Shown here: piece after piece, positions 25,995 through 38,748 of the stretch | How positions within the stretch are numbered: position 1 is the stretch's first letter | Layout: the number at the start of each line of letters is the position of its first letter | Assembly: GCF_963921235.1 (NCBI RefSeq) | Contig: NC_086097.1 | Location: forward strand, 119,910,001-119,974,000 | Length of the DNA: 64,000 bases | Direction: 5' to 3' | Source: Mobula hypostoma | Lineage: Eukaryota | Program-made: the position numbers and the translations under genes | The notes under the pieces: model-generated | The model's input: the letters and a program-made list of their open reading frames with translations, nothing else | Told to the model about the DNA's origin: nothing | Databases searched by the model: none

Positions 25995-28127
25995 TAGCAC
26001 AGGACAGTTAATATCTTAGTCCACGTGTATTTTTTAACTCAAGTATTTTTTTCTTAACTCTGGCATTCAGAACCATTCCAATAATCACATTTCTCCTTTT
26101 ATTTCCCTGTAATTTATTCCACAGACTCAATTCTTCAGCTATCTACCTACATTAGGGGAAAATATATTAACCAATTCACCTACGCACACTGTCCTGCAGC
26201 TGAGGAAAATATTGATCCCAGTACCTGGATTGAGAGGGAATAGGTCTAGCTTTCCAGATAAATAACTTAAAAATAAACTAAAACAAAGAAAATAATTAAT
26301 CAGAACATTAATGACAACTTCATCATCCATGTACAAGAAGAATAAAATAAGGGCTAAATCTCCCCTGAGCTTGCAAAATTCTTTAAAAGACTGAAAATTT
26401 TCCAAGGAGTTGGCCTTAACATATCTAAAGAAAATCTAATAGTATTTTTGAAAGGTAGTTGTTTTCTTGTTTGATTTAATTTGCTTCTGATTCGCATTCC
26501 TGTTCCAACATGTCGGTCCATGGCCTCCCCTCGTACTATCATTCACTACACGGGTCCAGTTGACATCAGTAGATCTAGCATTTCCAGACTCTCCTGGCTG
26601 TCAATACTACAAATTGCCTTTTAGAGTCTGGATGATCGACAAATTCATATTTCTGGTGGTGCAGAGCCCTAACAGCAACATCTAAAATATTCATTTCTTC
26701 CTTTGGACTTTGTCTTTCCATTCTTCCGCACTATTGAATAACAGTTTCAAGCTTATGCTGTAAATATGGGACAGTAACCCCTTTTCATTTGTCTCTTCTC
26801 TATTGCACCTATTCATAATCTATTCCTTAGTCCTCTCCTCCAAAGTTAAAAGCTCAAAGTAAGTTTATTATCAAGATATGTATACTATATACAACCTTGA
26901 GATTCATTTTTGTTGCAGGCACCCACAGGAAAATAAAACAAAAACTAATACACATCCAATATGCAAAAGAGGACAAATGGTGCAAAAATTTAAAAAAAAA
27001 CAAGTATAACTGAGAACATGAGCTGTGGAATTCCCGAAAGTGAGTCCACAGGCCGAGGAATCAGTTCAGCGCTGAGGTACGTGAAGCCATCCATGCTATT
27101 ACAGGAGACCGATGGTTATAGGGCAACAACTGTTCTTGAACTTGGTGGTTTGGGACTCAAGACTCCTGCACCTCCCGCCTGATGGTAGTGGTGAGAAGAG
27201 AGGGAGATGAGTTAAACAGGGGCAGGCGGGATGAGCTCTGGTGAGAGATTCTGAAATTCACAAACCTGTCAACCACATTCTGCCAGTGGGTACAGTGACC
27301 TGTCATTTTCTGCCCATCTAGTTTCTATAGGCTTTCTAGTCACTAATGTCTGTCTTGAAGTGAAAATCCCTGGCTAACTTCCCACTCTGCAGGAGCTGAA
27401 TTCTTTGCAATTCTTCTGTCACTATTAAGAGTTTCTCTTCACTATAACAAGACAGATGATGGGTGCTTTAACTTTATAGCTCTATTAAGATTATTGTTGT
27501 ACTTTCTACAGATACTATCTTTGCTTTTACCACTATTATAAATCACTTAACCAGTCCAAATCACTTTAAAACATTCACACTTAAAATCACTTTAACTATT
27601 ATCCGCTTCGTCTTAGATCTTCGTCTTAGCTGAATGTTACAGCATGGATCCATTCCTCAGATAGTTAGTCTAGCCAAACGTACTTCAAATTGACCTACTA
27701 TACTGACAACTCCTCTGACTGCAGTTCGGACTGCTGCTGTTGTTTTTTTTATCATTCCCTCTGTTCTTAATTCTCATTGTCCATTGCACCAAATGTGAAT
27801 TTGGCTATCTGATTGAACAGCCAGTCTTTGCTCACTTAATGGATTGTTAACAGGTTCACACCTACATCTTATAGCTTTTTTGTTATCTCGACACATAGGC
27901 CTCGGTTGTTGATTCATGTGGAAAATTGTGTGTTCTTTGGTAAAATCATAAAACTTCCATTTACAATGTCCTTCACACTGTAAAGTACTAAAGGAGGTGG
28001 GTATATTTATAGCACTCTAAAGATATTTGGGCAGGTATTTTAATAGAAAAATGTTAGTGGTATATGGCACAAATGTGGGTAACTGAGACTGCTGGACGTT
28101 AAAAAAAAGCTTAGCTTTACTGGTCAC

Positions 28128-29140
28128 ATCAGAATCAGAATCAGGTTTATTATCACTGACATACTGTATGTCATGAAGTTTGTTGTTTTGTGGCAGCAAT
28201 ACAGTGCAAAACATAACTATAAATTACAAAAAGAAAAAAAAGATATGTGTATATTTAATAAGTAAGTAGTGCAAAAAGAGGTCAAAACTAGTGAGGTAGT
28301 GTTCATGAGCTTATTGACCGTTCAGAAGTCTGATGGCGGAGGGGACGAAGCTAAATATTGAGTGCGTGTCTTCAGGCTACTATACCTCCTCTTTGATGGT
28401 AGTGATGGGCTGGGTGACGAGGGTCCTTAATGATGGATGTTGCCATTGTGAGGCATTGCCTTTTGGAACCTCCTCATTGCGAGGTCCGTGAGTGCTGCTG
28501 ATGGAGTTGGCAGAGTGTGCAACCCTCTGTAGCGTTTTCCAATCCTGTGCTATGGCCCCCTCCTTATCAGACAGTGGTGCAACCACTTAGAATGCTCTCC
28601 ACGGCACATTTGTAGAAATTTGCGAGAGTCCTTAGTGACATACCAAATCTCCTCAAACTCCTAATAAAATTTAGCCACTGTCGTGGCTTCTTCATACTTA
28701 CAACAATGTGTTGGTCCCAGGATAGACCTTCAGAGATGTTGACACCCAGGAACATGACAATGCTCACCCTTTCCAATGCTGTGTGTCCCCTTGACTCCCA
28801 CTTCCTGAGATCTACAATCGATTCCTTCATCTTACTGATGTTGAATGCAAGCTTTTTGTTTCCCTGCCACTCAGTCACCTGATCTACCTCAATCCTGCAT
28901 GCCTCCTCATCACCATCAGGGATGCTGCCGACAATAGTTAAGTCATCGGGAAGTTTATATATGGTGTCTGAACTGTGCTTAGCCACACCTTCATGGGTAT
29001 AAAGAGCGTAGAGCAGCGGGTTAAGCATGCATCCTAGAGATCACTGATGTTAATTGTCAGTGAGGAGATGTTATTTCTGATCCACACTGACTGTGGTCTC
29101 CCAACGAGGAAGTCAAAGGTCCATTTGCAGAGGGAGTATC
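28128..29140 (-). mobile_element. Rex1/Babar-type LINE 3' portion
   Basis: LNPLLYALYTH...YKLPDD...FLGVNISEGLSW; (ATTCTG)n tail. Confidence 0.85.
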
Positions 29141-29484
29141 AAAACATCGAAACATATGTGTCAATGACCAAGACAGTTTGGATGTGCTGGGGGAGCCCGC
29201 AAATGTTGCCATGCTTCCAATAAAAACATAGCATGCCCACAACATACCAACCTTAAAGTGTATTTGTTTCCAAAGTGGGAGGAATCCAGAGTACCCCGGA
29301 GGAAACCCATGCAGTCACAGAGAGAACAAGCAAACTCCTTATAGGTTGTGGCTGACTGGTGATCACTAGCGCCGCAAAGTGTCTGAGCCATTAACAAATT
29401 TGCAATCTGTTTATTTCTATTACTTTGACTTTGTGACACAAGCCCATACAACTCGACTTCTCTGCATGCACTCCTGAAAAATTT

Positions 29485-29719
29485 CAAAGTTGCTGGTGAA
29501 CGCAGCAGGCCAGGTAGCATCTCTAGGAAGAGGTACAGTCGATGTTTCGGGCCGAGACCCTTCATCAGGACTTCCTTCAGTTAGTCCTGACGAAGGGTCT
29601 CGGCCTGAAACGTCGACTGTACCTCTTCCTAGAGATGCTGCCTGGCCTGCTGTGTTCACCAACAACTTATATGTGTGTTGCTTGAATTTCCAGCATCTGC
29701 AGAATTCCTCGTGCTTGCA
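29485..29719. mobile_element. Palindromic Penelope-like insertion (two inverted 3' ends)
   Basis: Inverted arms; TSD CCTGAAAAATTT at 29473-29484 and 29720-29731. Confidence 0.9.
29582..29619 (+). ncRNA. Minimal type I hammerhead ribozyme (PLE-associated)
   Basis: TAGTC-CTGACGA-AGG(gtctcgg)CCT-GAAAC-GTC-GACTG; palindromic ACGU stem III. Confidence 0.85.
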
Positions 29720-29966
29720 CCTGAAAAATTTGTTTTCTCATTTAATCATGTATATCTAAATGGATAATATGCTGATACAACACACCCATAAGAGGAGAGT
29801 CTTAAGTATAAAAGTAATGGTGGACCTTACCCATAGCCTCTGTCAAGATTCAACGTTAGGAGGAAGTCTGAAGTGTCTTCTGCTGCTGACCTCATGTTTG
29901 AGTAAAAGGTATGTCGCTCTCTTAACATCATACAACTGTACAGGGAACATAGCTCAGGAAATATGC

Positions 29967-30183
29967 ACAAGAAATTCTGCAGATGTTGGAAATCCAGAGC
30001 AACATACACAAATTGCTAGAGGATCTCAGCAGGCCAGGCAACACCTTGGACAGGCATTAATAGTTGACATTTGGGCCGAGACCCTTCATCAGGACTGGCT
30101 CATCAGGATGAAATGTCTTTGCCTGTAAAGTCATCTGCATTCTTCTCCATACATGCTGCTGAGTTCCTTCAGCATTTTATGTG
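29967..30183. mobile_element. Older palindromic Penelope-like insertion
   Basis: Inverted decayed arms; degenerate TSD GCTCAGGAAATATGC (29952-29966) / GGTCAGTAAGTATGC (30184-30198). Confidence 0.65.
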
Positions 30184-30902
30184 GGTCAGTAAGTATGCTT
30201 CTTTTGTGACTGATCTTGATTTTCCCAGTTTGTATCAACACATCTCAATTTCTCTCAACAATACTTCGAAACAAGTGAGATAGCACAGGAGTGAAGAAGA
30301 AAACATGCCGGGTTCTCAAACATTTTTCACGAGGGTCAGCGGTTTAGTTTCGAGGATGGTGTACTTCAGAGGGAAAATTCATACTGGAACATTCCACTCT
30401 GGTAAAATATTAACTTTCAAAACATAATGCTTAAGGATACAGGGGCACTAAAAGAATCCACGGAATGTTACCCTGGTGCTAATTTAACATTCAGGTCATA
30501 AAGGATAATTGGTCAGATGGATGTAATTGAGCCGTGCAGGCTCACTTGGTTGGAGGAGGCTGCTACCATGCCATTTCTCTAATAAGGAAAAAAAATAACA
30601 GTACAGCCAAGGATCAGGCTCTTCACCCACGGTGTTAAGCAAACTAATAAAACTAATAATTAAATGCCTAACTAAACTAAATCTTTCTGCCGACACAATA
30701 TTCTTAACCCTCCATTCTCGGCACATTCATATGCCCATTGAAGAACTTGTTTAATGCTTCTGGCAGCTATCACCCCTGGCAGTGCATTCCAAACACCCAC
30801 CAATCTCAGTGGTAAAAAAAATTGCCCTTTCAATCTCCTTTCAATTCGCTGACTATCAGTTGGAATAGAAAATTACACCACTTCAGCTTACAGATTCTAA
30901 AT

Positions 30903-31221
30903 GGTTTTTTTGGTGTGTGCCTGTGTGCGTGCGCATCTGTATGTGTGCATCTGTGTGTCCGTGTGTGCGTCTGTGATTATGGATGTTTCATGGCTTTTTC
31001 CAAGGCGCAGGGTGAGAGAGAGAGACTGTGTGGCACGCCACTCCCCACACAGACATTTTCACAGTATTTTCCCTTTGTTTTACGAAGTCGAGTTGCGGTC
31101 TCGACACTCAACCCAGCATGGATGGAAAGCGTGCTCAGGGGCGGACCGACTAGTTTCAAACCCGGGAACCTCCACTCCTGGGTCCAGCGCCGATGTCGTT
31201 GCGCCAACAGCCGGCCCACAG
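30903..31221 (-). mobile_element. Young tRNA-headed SINE with 13-bp TSD
   Basis: TSD ACAGATTCTAAAT at 30890-30902 and 31222-31234; minus A-box TGGCGCAACG and B-box GGTTTGAAAC; CA-rich tail. Confidence 0.85.
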
Positions 31222-31307
31222 ACAGATTCTAAATTTCAAACCCATGAGTATTTTATCCAAAGCTGAAAATAATGCTAAGGCAAGGGAGAGCTACAAAGGC
31301 TTGAGGG

Positions 31308-31485
31308 AAGCAAAGTGGCACAGCTAGTTGAAGCACTACCTCATAGTGCTCGAGAGCCCTGTTCAATCGTGACCTCTGGTGATAACTGTGTTGTGTTTGT
31401 ATTTTCTCCCCATGACTCTGCATTTTCTCTAGGCTGTTCCAGTTTCCTCCTAAATCCCAGAGACATGCGGGTTGGCAGGTCGATT
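31308..31485 (+). mobile_element. tRNA-derived SINE head and core (V-SINE/HE1-like)
   Basis: A-box GTGGCACAGCTAG, B-box GTTCAATC, core 'gtgtttgtattttctccccatgac'. Confidence 0.6.
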
Positions 31486-31642
31486 AGCTTCTTCTCTCTT
31501 CCCTTCCAGTCCTGAAGAAGGGTCTTGGCCCAAAACATTGACTGTTTAATCCTCTCCATTGATGTGGCCTGCCCTGCTTTGTTTCTCCAGCATTTTGTGT
31601 GTGTTATTCTGGATTTTCAGCATCTGCAGAATCTCTTGTGTT
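31486..31642 (+). mobile_element. Penelope-like 3' end with decayed hammerhead
   Basis: CAGTCCTGAAGAAGGGTCTTGGCCCAAAACATTGACTG. Confidence 0.7.
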
Positions 31643-33034
31643 CATAAGTTTTCCCCTTGAGAGCAGGTGAGTGATACCTACAAGTCTCCATTGAATCTAG
31701 GGGATTCAAGAGGATGTAGCCAGATTTTTTAAAATGGCATTAATATAGGATTAACATCAGATAGGTAGTTGGTAATCAGTGTAGACACACTGAGGTGAAG
31801 TTTCTATGTTGCATGCTTTCATGACCGGGCCTCAGGATTTTGTAGAAATTGACATGTAGACATGGATTTGATGTTTAAAGTACATTTACTATTGAAGTAT
31901 GTATACATTATACAACCTTGAGATATGTCTCCTAACAGACAGCCAAAAAACAAAGAAATCCAAAAACAAACCTCATATATATGACAAAAAGGACTGTCTA
32001 GCATCCAAATGTGCAGAGAAAAAAATAATCATGTCCTAACAGAGATCAGCAGATTTCTGGAAGGATAGATGCCAAGGGATATTGAGTTAGTGCAGGAAAA
32101 TGGCACTGAGGTCAAAGTCCAGGCACGATCATGTTGAGTGGTGGAGCAGAAACAGAAGGCCAAGTGTCCTTTTTGTTTTAATTTTTTATGTCCTTCTGTA
32201 GAAATTTCCCCCAAATACTTTGAAAATGCTTGCAACAGTTTCAGAATCACAGAGTGTACTTCTGGATAAAAGAACTTTATCTAGAAATACACAAAATTAT
32301 CATTCTGGCTCCAATTCTCTGCTTGAAATAAAGGATAAAATTTGACTGAAAATTGTGGAAAGGCTTCAATTTTCAGGGAAAGATTGTCTAAAGAAAAAAA
32401 TGCTATCATGGAAGAACTTGGAGATAATTAAAGTGAGAACAGGCTAGGACGGGAATGGTCATTATATTCTGCCTGCTCCTCTTTTCCAAATTGACTTCTC
32501 TTCTACAAGCATTAAATTATTTATAATCTTTGGATTTCTCTTTTTTCTATTCTGCTTTGTAATTAAATATAAATGAACTTGTTTAATGATAAATGACACA
32601 CACCATTTAGTCTTGTAGTGGTAACATCTGAGAAAAGCTACTCTGACATTTTGCAGATCATTAGGAACTTGAACTAAGTGGCAGAAATAAACATGTGTCC
32701 CTCTCCATTCAGTTCTTCCCTCGTAGTCTACTCAATCAACCTGAAGAGAGATAAAATCGATATATCAAAAGTAATTGCAGCTCTGGGTGGAACTTGTTAA
32801 TTAGGGAATTAATTCTTGCATGATAAGCAGAGTATGAGAATATTGTTGATGGTCATCTAAAGCAATAAAAGATTTAGACTACAATGAATGAAAATATTAG
32901 TCCAAAATAATGAATGGACATTCACTTAAAATAGGCACTTGTGAAGAAACATTGAAATGAGTCAATACAAATCCAATCATTGAACGGAGCTTCAGTATAT
33001 CTGACTGGTATACACACATAACCTTTTGTTTTTA

Positions 33035-33205
33035 GTTTTTATTGTGGCACCTTCCCCCTTCCTTGTCACACCTGAAGAAGAGTCTCAGCCCAAAACATTG
33101 ACTATCTATTCATTTCCATAGGCGCTGTCTGACCTGCTGGGTTCCTCCAGAATTTTGTGCGTGTTGCTTTGGATTTCCAGCATCTGCAATCTTCCTTGTG
33201 TTTGT
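33035..33205 (+). mobile_element. Penelope-like 3' end with decayed hammerhead
   Basis: CCTGAAGAAGAGTCTCAGCCCAAAACATTGACT plus downstream tail. Confidence 0.7.
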
Positions 33206-33470
33206 ATTTTTTTGGCTGTTGGTTAGAATAAGTGGCAGGAAGCTAATTGTGCCTAATCCTCCTTTTTGAAATAATCTTTTCACACTCTTTTTATGCTTCA
33301 CTGGTTGAGTATTCATTGACCTGGAGAGCATTTATAGATTTAAGATGAGCTGCAAGGGGATTAGAGGGGATATAGTCATTCAGATGATGTCTATAGTTTG
33401 AAACACACCGCCTAAGAGGGTGGTGGAGAAAGAGATGCTCACGATTTCTGAGAACTATCCTGAAAAACAC

Positions 33471-34613
33471 TGTATATTAAAGAGAAATGGGAGAAAGAAG
33501 TGGGGTTGGTACTTTCAGAGGAGGCTTGGGGGAAAATCTGCAGCTTTCAATGGTCCTCGACTAATTCTTTGACTTGGAGAGAACATTGTTGGAAAAACAT
33601 TATAAGATACTTCAAGACCCCATATCAGGAAAAATATAAAGATACAAATGTGATGTGTTGGAGAAGGTGCGGCTCTAAGGAGGCAAATCATTTTCATATT
33701 TTCTGGGATTGCCCTAAATTAAGTCTATTTTGGGAAGGTATTCATAGAACATTAGTTAAGGTACTTAGGTCCCAGATACCTCTGAACTTTGAGACGCTCT
33801 ATTTGGGGCATGTATTGTTCCTTGAACAGAAGGAAGATATAAAGTTGCTGCAGGCCCTCTTAGCGGCAAGTAAGAAATCAATCACTAGAAAATGGCTAAA
33901 TCCAATACCACCTACATTAGAAGATTGGTACGAAATTATCTTGGAAATATTTAAAATGGAAAAGTTGACCTACTCCCTGAGAACTCAAAAAGAAACATTT
34001 TATCAAATCTGGAATAAATGGATTGAATATATAACCCCAATGCGAGCAGACTTTAGATGACTCTCCTAATGATTTATATTGCTCTTCTCATCAACACAGT
34101 AATATTGCTAACGTAAGCACCCCTAGTCTAAATGTTTGTTGTTTTTTTTTGGAAAATAGAGAATTAGCACAAGTAAAGGGAAAGATTTGGGAAAGGGATA
34201 AAAAAAAATGAAAAAATTAAGTAAATAAGTACATAGGGATTGGATAATTATGTCTGCGGGCAGGAACAAGCACGAACAAATTGGGATATAAACACCTACA
34301 ATGGTTGGTATATAGGCTTGTATGCAACATTTTGGACCAGTGGAAATGGTACAGAAGGGTTGTATGGAAACTATTATTACCATTTTTCTTAACAACTAAT
34401 TTCATTACTTAGCCTAATAGGTTAGATTTACCACAGTACATAATTATCTATTTAAATGTTTATTTTGCTTTTATATCATCTCAATGTGTACTTAAGAATG
34501 TATAAATAATTGTAGTTTTATACATATAAAAAAATGGAAAAGGTTATATGTGTGAAAAAAGTACGTGATAATTGTGAACTCCTTATCCAAATAAAAATAA
34601 AATTTAAAAAAAA
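33471..34613 (+). mobile_element. 5'-truncated L1-clade LINE
   Basis: Open ORF2 C-terminus (CWRRCG...HIFWDCPKL, IWNKW) to 34060; 3' UTR; A-rich tail; AAAACAC repeated at 33464-33470 and 34616-34622. Confidence 0.9.
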
Positions 34614-34779
34614 GGAAAACACGAAGCACTGAGGCAAAAGAGGCTATGGACCAAGTGCTGTAAATAGTAACAGAATAAAGGGGTACTTGATGGTTTGCAT
34701 GCATATGATGGGCCAAATGGCCTGCTTCAGTGCTGTATGAATTTTACCATTGCAGGCCACCAGTAGATAGACATTTACT

Positions 34780-35076
34780 TCCAATGGCATTGCAGCATTA
34801 AAACTCATTGCAAGATTAATGCCCCATCCTGATGATCAAGTGATTTGGAATTTTAAATATGCTATAAGGCACAATCGGAACATCAGGTATTTGAGTTGAT
34901 GACACAGTGTCCCACAACTGACCCCTTGATTGCCTTTTCATTGTGATCTCTCCCTTCAAGGGCATATGAGTGTGGTAACTATCTGAATGTATTGAAATTC
35001 TTTCATATTTAAGTGAGGGAATAGCTTTGACTTAACAGGTTAATTTGATCTTCCTTTCCAAGGATGCTGCTGTTTT
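34780..35076 (+). repeat. Copy A of an old local duplication (copy B 38757-39046)
   Basis: Collinear similarity from GCATTAAAACTCA to GTTAATTTGATCTTYCTTTCCAAGGAT. Confidence 0.8.
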
Positions 35077-35696
35077 AGAACATTGAACACTACAGGCCTT
35101 ATGGTCCATGACGTTGTACTGGCCTTTTACCCTACTCTGCAATCAATCTAACCCTCCCTCCTATATCGCCCTCCATTTTCTATCATTCATCTGCCTATCT
35201 AAGAGATTTTTAAATATCCCTAATGTACCTGCCTCTCCCACCACCCCAGGAAGGCTTTCCACACACTCACCACTCTGTGTAGAAGTCCTATATCTGATAT
35301 CCCCCCTATTGTTTCCTCCAATGAACTTAAAAATTAATCCCCCTCATACTAGTCATCTCACTGCTGGGACAAAACTCTCTGGCTATCTATTCAATCTATG
35401 CCTCTTATCATCTTGTACACTTATTAGATGGGAGGGGATGTAAAGAAGAAGTTACTCATTCAGATGGTGGCTATTGTTTGTAATGCACTGCCTAAGACAA
35501 TTTTGGAGGAGGAGATGCCCACAACATCTGAGAAGTATCCTGGTGAGCACTTGAATCAAAAAGATCAGCTATGGACCAGGTGCTCTGCAAAGATACTAGA
35601 ACGGATGGTTGAAATTGACATGATGGGCCAAATAGCCTGTTTTTGTGTTGTATGAACTTCACCAGAGCAGACCAGCAGTAGACAGATATTACAGCA

Positions 35697-38600
35697 TCAC
35701 ATGCAAAATGCTGGAGGAACTCAACAAGTCAGGCAGCATCTATGAAAATGAATAAACAGTTGAGGTTTCGGGCTGATACACTTCTTCAGGACTGAAAAGG
35801 GAGAGGGAAGGCACCAGAATAAAAAGGCAAGGAGAGAGGAAGGTGGATGGCTGGAAGGTGATAGGTGAAGCTAGGTAGATGGAAAAGGTCAAGGGTTGGA
35901 GAGGAAGGAATCTGAAAGACCATAAGATATAAGAGCAGAAGTAGGCCATTTAGCCCATTGAGACTGCTTTGCCATTCAATCCTGGGCTGATCCAATTCTT
36001 CCAGTTATCCCCATTCCCTTGCCTTCTCCCCATACCCTTTGATGCCTTGGCTAATCAAGAGCCTATCCATCTCTTCCTTAAATGCACCCAATGACTTGGG
36101 CTCCACAGCCGCTCGTGACAGCAAATTCCACAGTTTTACCACCCTCTGACTAAAATAATTTCTCCGCATTTCTGTTGTAAATGGGAGTCCTTCAATCGTG
36201 AAGTAGAGCCCTCTTGTCCTAGACTCCCCTACTATGGGAAATAACTTTGCCGTATCTAATCTGTTCAGGCCTTTAACATTCAGAATATTTCTATGATATC
36301 CCCCCTCATTCTCATGAACTCCAGGGAATACAACCCAAGATCTGCCAGACGTTCCTCATACGGTAACCCTCTCATTCCTGGAATCATTCCCGTGAACCTT
36401 CTCTGAACCCTCTCCAATGTCAGTATATCCTTTCTAAAATAAGGAGCCCAAAACTGCACACAATACTCTGTGTGGTCTCGTGAGTGCCTTATAGAGCCTC
36501 AACATCACATCCCTGCTCTTTTATTCTATTCTCTAGAAATGAATGCCAACATTGCATTCGCCTTCTTCACCATGGACTCAACCTGGAGGTTAACCTTTAG
36601 GGTATCCTGCACAAGGTCTCTCAAGTCCCCTTGCATCTCTGCATTTTGAATTCTCTCCCCATCTAAATAATAGTCCACCCATTTATTTCTTCCACCAAAG
36701 TGCATGACCATACATTTTCCGACATTGTATTTCATTTGCCACTTCTTTGCCCATTCCCCTAAACTATCTAGGTCTCTCTGCAGGTTCTCTGTTTCCTCCA
36801 CCTATCTTTGTTTCATCAGCAAATTTAGCCACAGATCCATTAATCCCATAATCCAAATCATTGACATACATCATAAAAAGCAGCTGTCCCAAAACCAACC
36901 ACTGTGGAAGTCCACTGGTAACTGACAGCCAGTCAGAGTAGGATCCTTTTATTCCCACATTCTGTTTTCTGCCGATCAATCAATGCTCCACCCATGCTAG
37001 TAATTCCCCTGTAATTCCATGGGCTGTTATCTTGCTAAGCAGCCTCATGTGCGGCACCTTGTCAAAGGCCTTCTGAAAATCCAAGAACACCACATCTACG
37101 ACATCTCCTTTGTCTACGCTGCTTGTAATTTCCTCAAAAAATTGCAGTAGGTTAGTCAGGCAGGATTTTCCTTTCAGGAAACCATGCTGGCTTTGGCCTA
37201 TATTGTCATGTGCCTCCAAGTATTCTGTAATCTCATCCCTAACAATCGATTCCAACAACTTCCCAACCATTGATGTCAGGCTAACAGGTCTATAGTTTCC
37301 TTTCTGCTTCCTCCCACACTTCTTAAATAGCGGAGTAACATTTGCAATTTTCCAGTCATCCAATACAATGCCAGAATCTAGCGATTCCTGAAAGATCATT
37401 GTTAATGCTCTCCCAAGGGTACATTCCATCAGGTCCAGGAGATTTATCCACCATCAGACTATTAAGCTTCCTGAACACCTTCTCAGTCATGATTTTCACT
37501 TCACAAACTTCACTTCCTTGACGCTCTTGAATGTCCAATATACTGCAGATATCTTCCACTATGAAGACTGATGCAAAATATGCATTCAGGTCCTCTGCCA
37601 TCTCTGTGTCTCTCATTACAGTATCTCCAGCATCATTTTCTATTGGTCCTATATCTACCCTCAACTCTCTTTTACCCTTTCTATACTTTAAAAAGCTTTT
37701 AATATCTTCTTTGATATTAGTCACCAGCTTTCTTTCATAATTAATCGTTTCCTTCCTAATGACCTTCTTAGTTGCCTTCTGCAAGTTTCTAAAAGCTTCC
37801 CTATCCTCTCTATTCCCACTAACTTTTGCTTCCTTGTATGCCCTCTCTTTTGCTTTTACCTTGTCTCTGACTTCACTTGTCAGCCACGTTAGTGTCCTTC
37901 TTCCATTCAAAACATTATTCTTATTTGGAATATATCTGTCTTGCACCTCCCTCATTTTTCACAGAAACTCCAGCCATTCCTGCTTTGCTATCCTTCCTGC
38001 TAGTGTCCCTTTCCAGTCAACCTTGGATGGTTCCCCTCTCATACCATCGTAATTTCCTTTATTCCACTGAAATACCAACACATTGGAATTTAGTTTCTCC
38101 TTCTCAAAATTCAAAGTGAACTCAATCATATTGTGATCACTGTTCCTTAAGGGTTCCTTAATCTTAAACTCTCTTATCACCTCCGGATCATTGCACAATA
38201 CCCAATCCAGCACAGCCAATCCCCTAGTGGGCTCAACAACAAGCTGTTTTGAAAAGCCATCCCTTAGACATTCTCTCTCTTGAGGTCCAGTACTGGCCTG
38301 GTTTTCCCAATCCACTTTCATGTTAAAGTTCCCAATGATTATCATGACATTGCCCTTCTGACATGCCTTTTCTATCTTCTGCTGTAGTTTGTAATCCACA
38401 TCCCGGCTGCTGTTTGGAGGCCTGAATACAACTGCCATTAGGGTCCTTTTACCCTTACCATTTCTTGACTCAACCAATAGAGACTCTATACCTTCCGATC
38501 CTATGTCATCCCTTGCTAATGATTTATTATTGTTTCTTATATACAAGAGATGAGAGTGGATCATTGAAGAAAGGGAAAGAGGGGAGTGTTAGGCAGGTGA

Positions 38601-38748
38601 GAAGAGGTAAAAAGTTAGAGTGGGGAAGAGATGAAAGGTGGGAGGGAGGATTTTTTTTTACCAGATATTCATTCCATCAAGTTGGCGGCTACCCAGACAG
38701 AATACAAGCTGTTGCTGCTACACCCTGAGGGTGGCCTCATCTTGACAT
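35697..38748 (-). mobile_element. Old Penelope-like 3' fragment split by a CR1 (pieces 35697-35916 and 38546-38748)
   Basis: Hammerhead remnant near 35757-35794; right piece matches the GIY-YIG end (ggctacccagacagaat). Confidence 0.7.
35917..38545 (-). mobile_element. CR1 LINE, 5'-truncated ORF2 (part of EN plus RT)
   Basis: GNFN, SDHNMIEF, WKIANVTPLFKK, NYRPVSLTS, DFQKAFDKVPH, KFADETK; CR1 tail at 35917. Confidence 0.95.

Larger units (their letters stand above)
23728..26038 (+). mobile_element. 5'-truncated Hero-clade non-LTR retrotransposon (RT + CCHC + restriction-like endonuclease)
   Basis: LAVVWFDLANAYGSVPH, GIPMGCAISPILF, AFMDDLT; C-terminal CAAC...HISSAC, YTWRHNNVL, PDIIVWS, ELTVTWE, FEIGCRG; several stops and frameshifts. 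Confidence 0.85.

Noticed and set aside
27538..27630. Short local repeats (AAATCACTT x3, CTTCGTCTTAG x2)
   Set aside because: Consistent with ordinary slippage duplications
29485..29719. MITE or pre-miRNA
   Set aside because: Arms are PLE 3' tails with asymmetric ends, and junction position varies among copies
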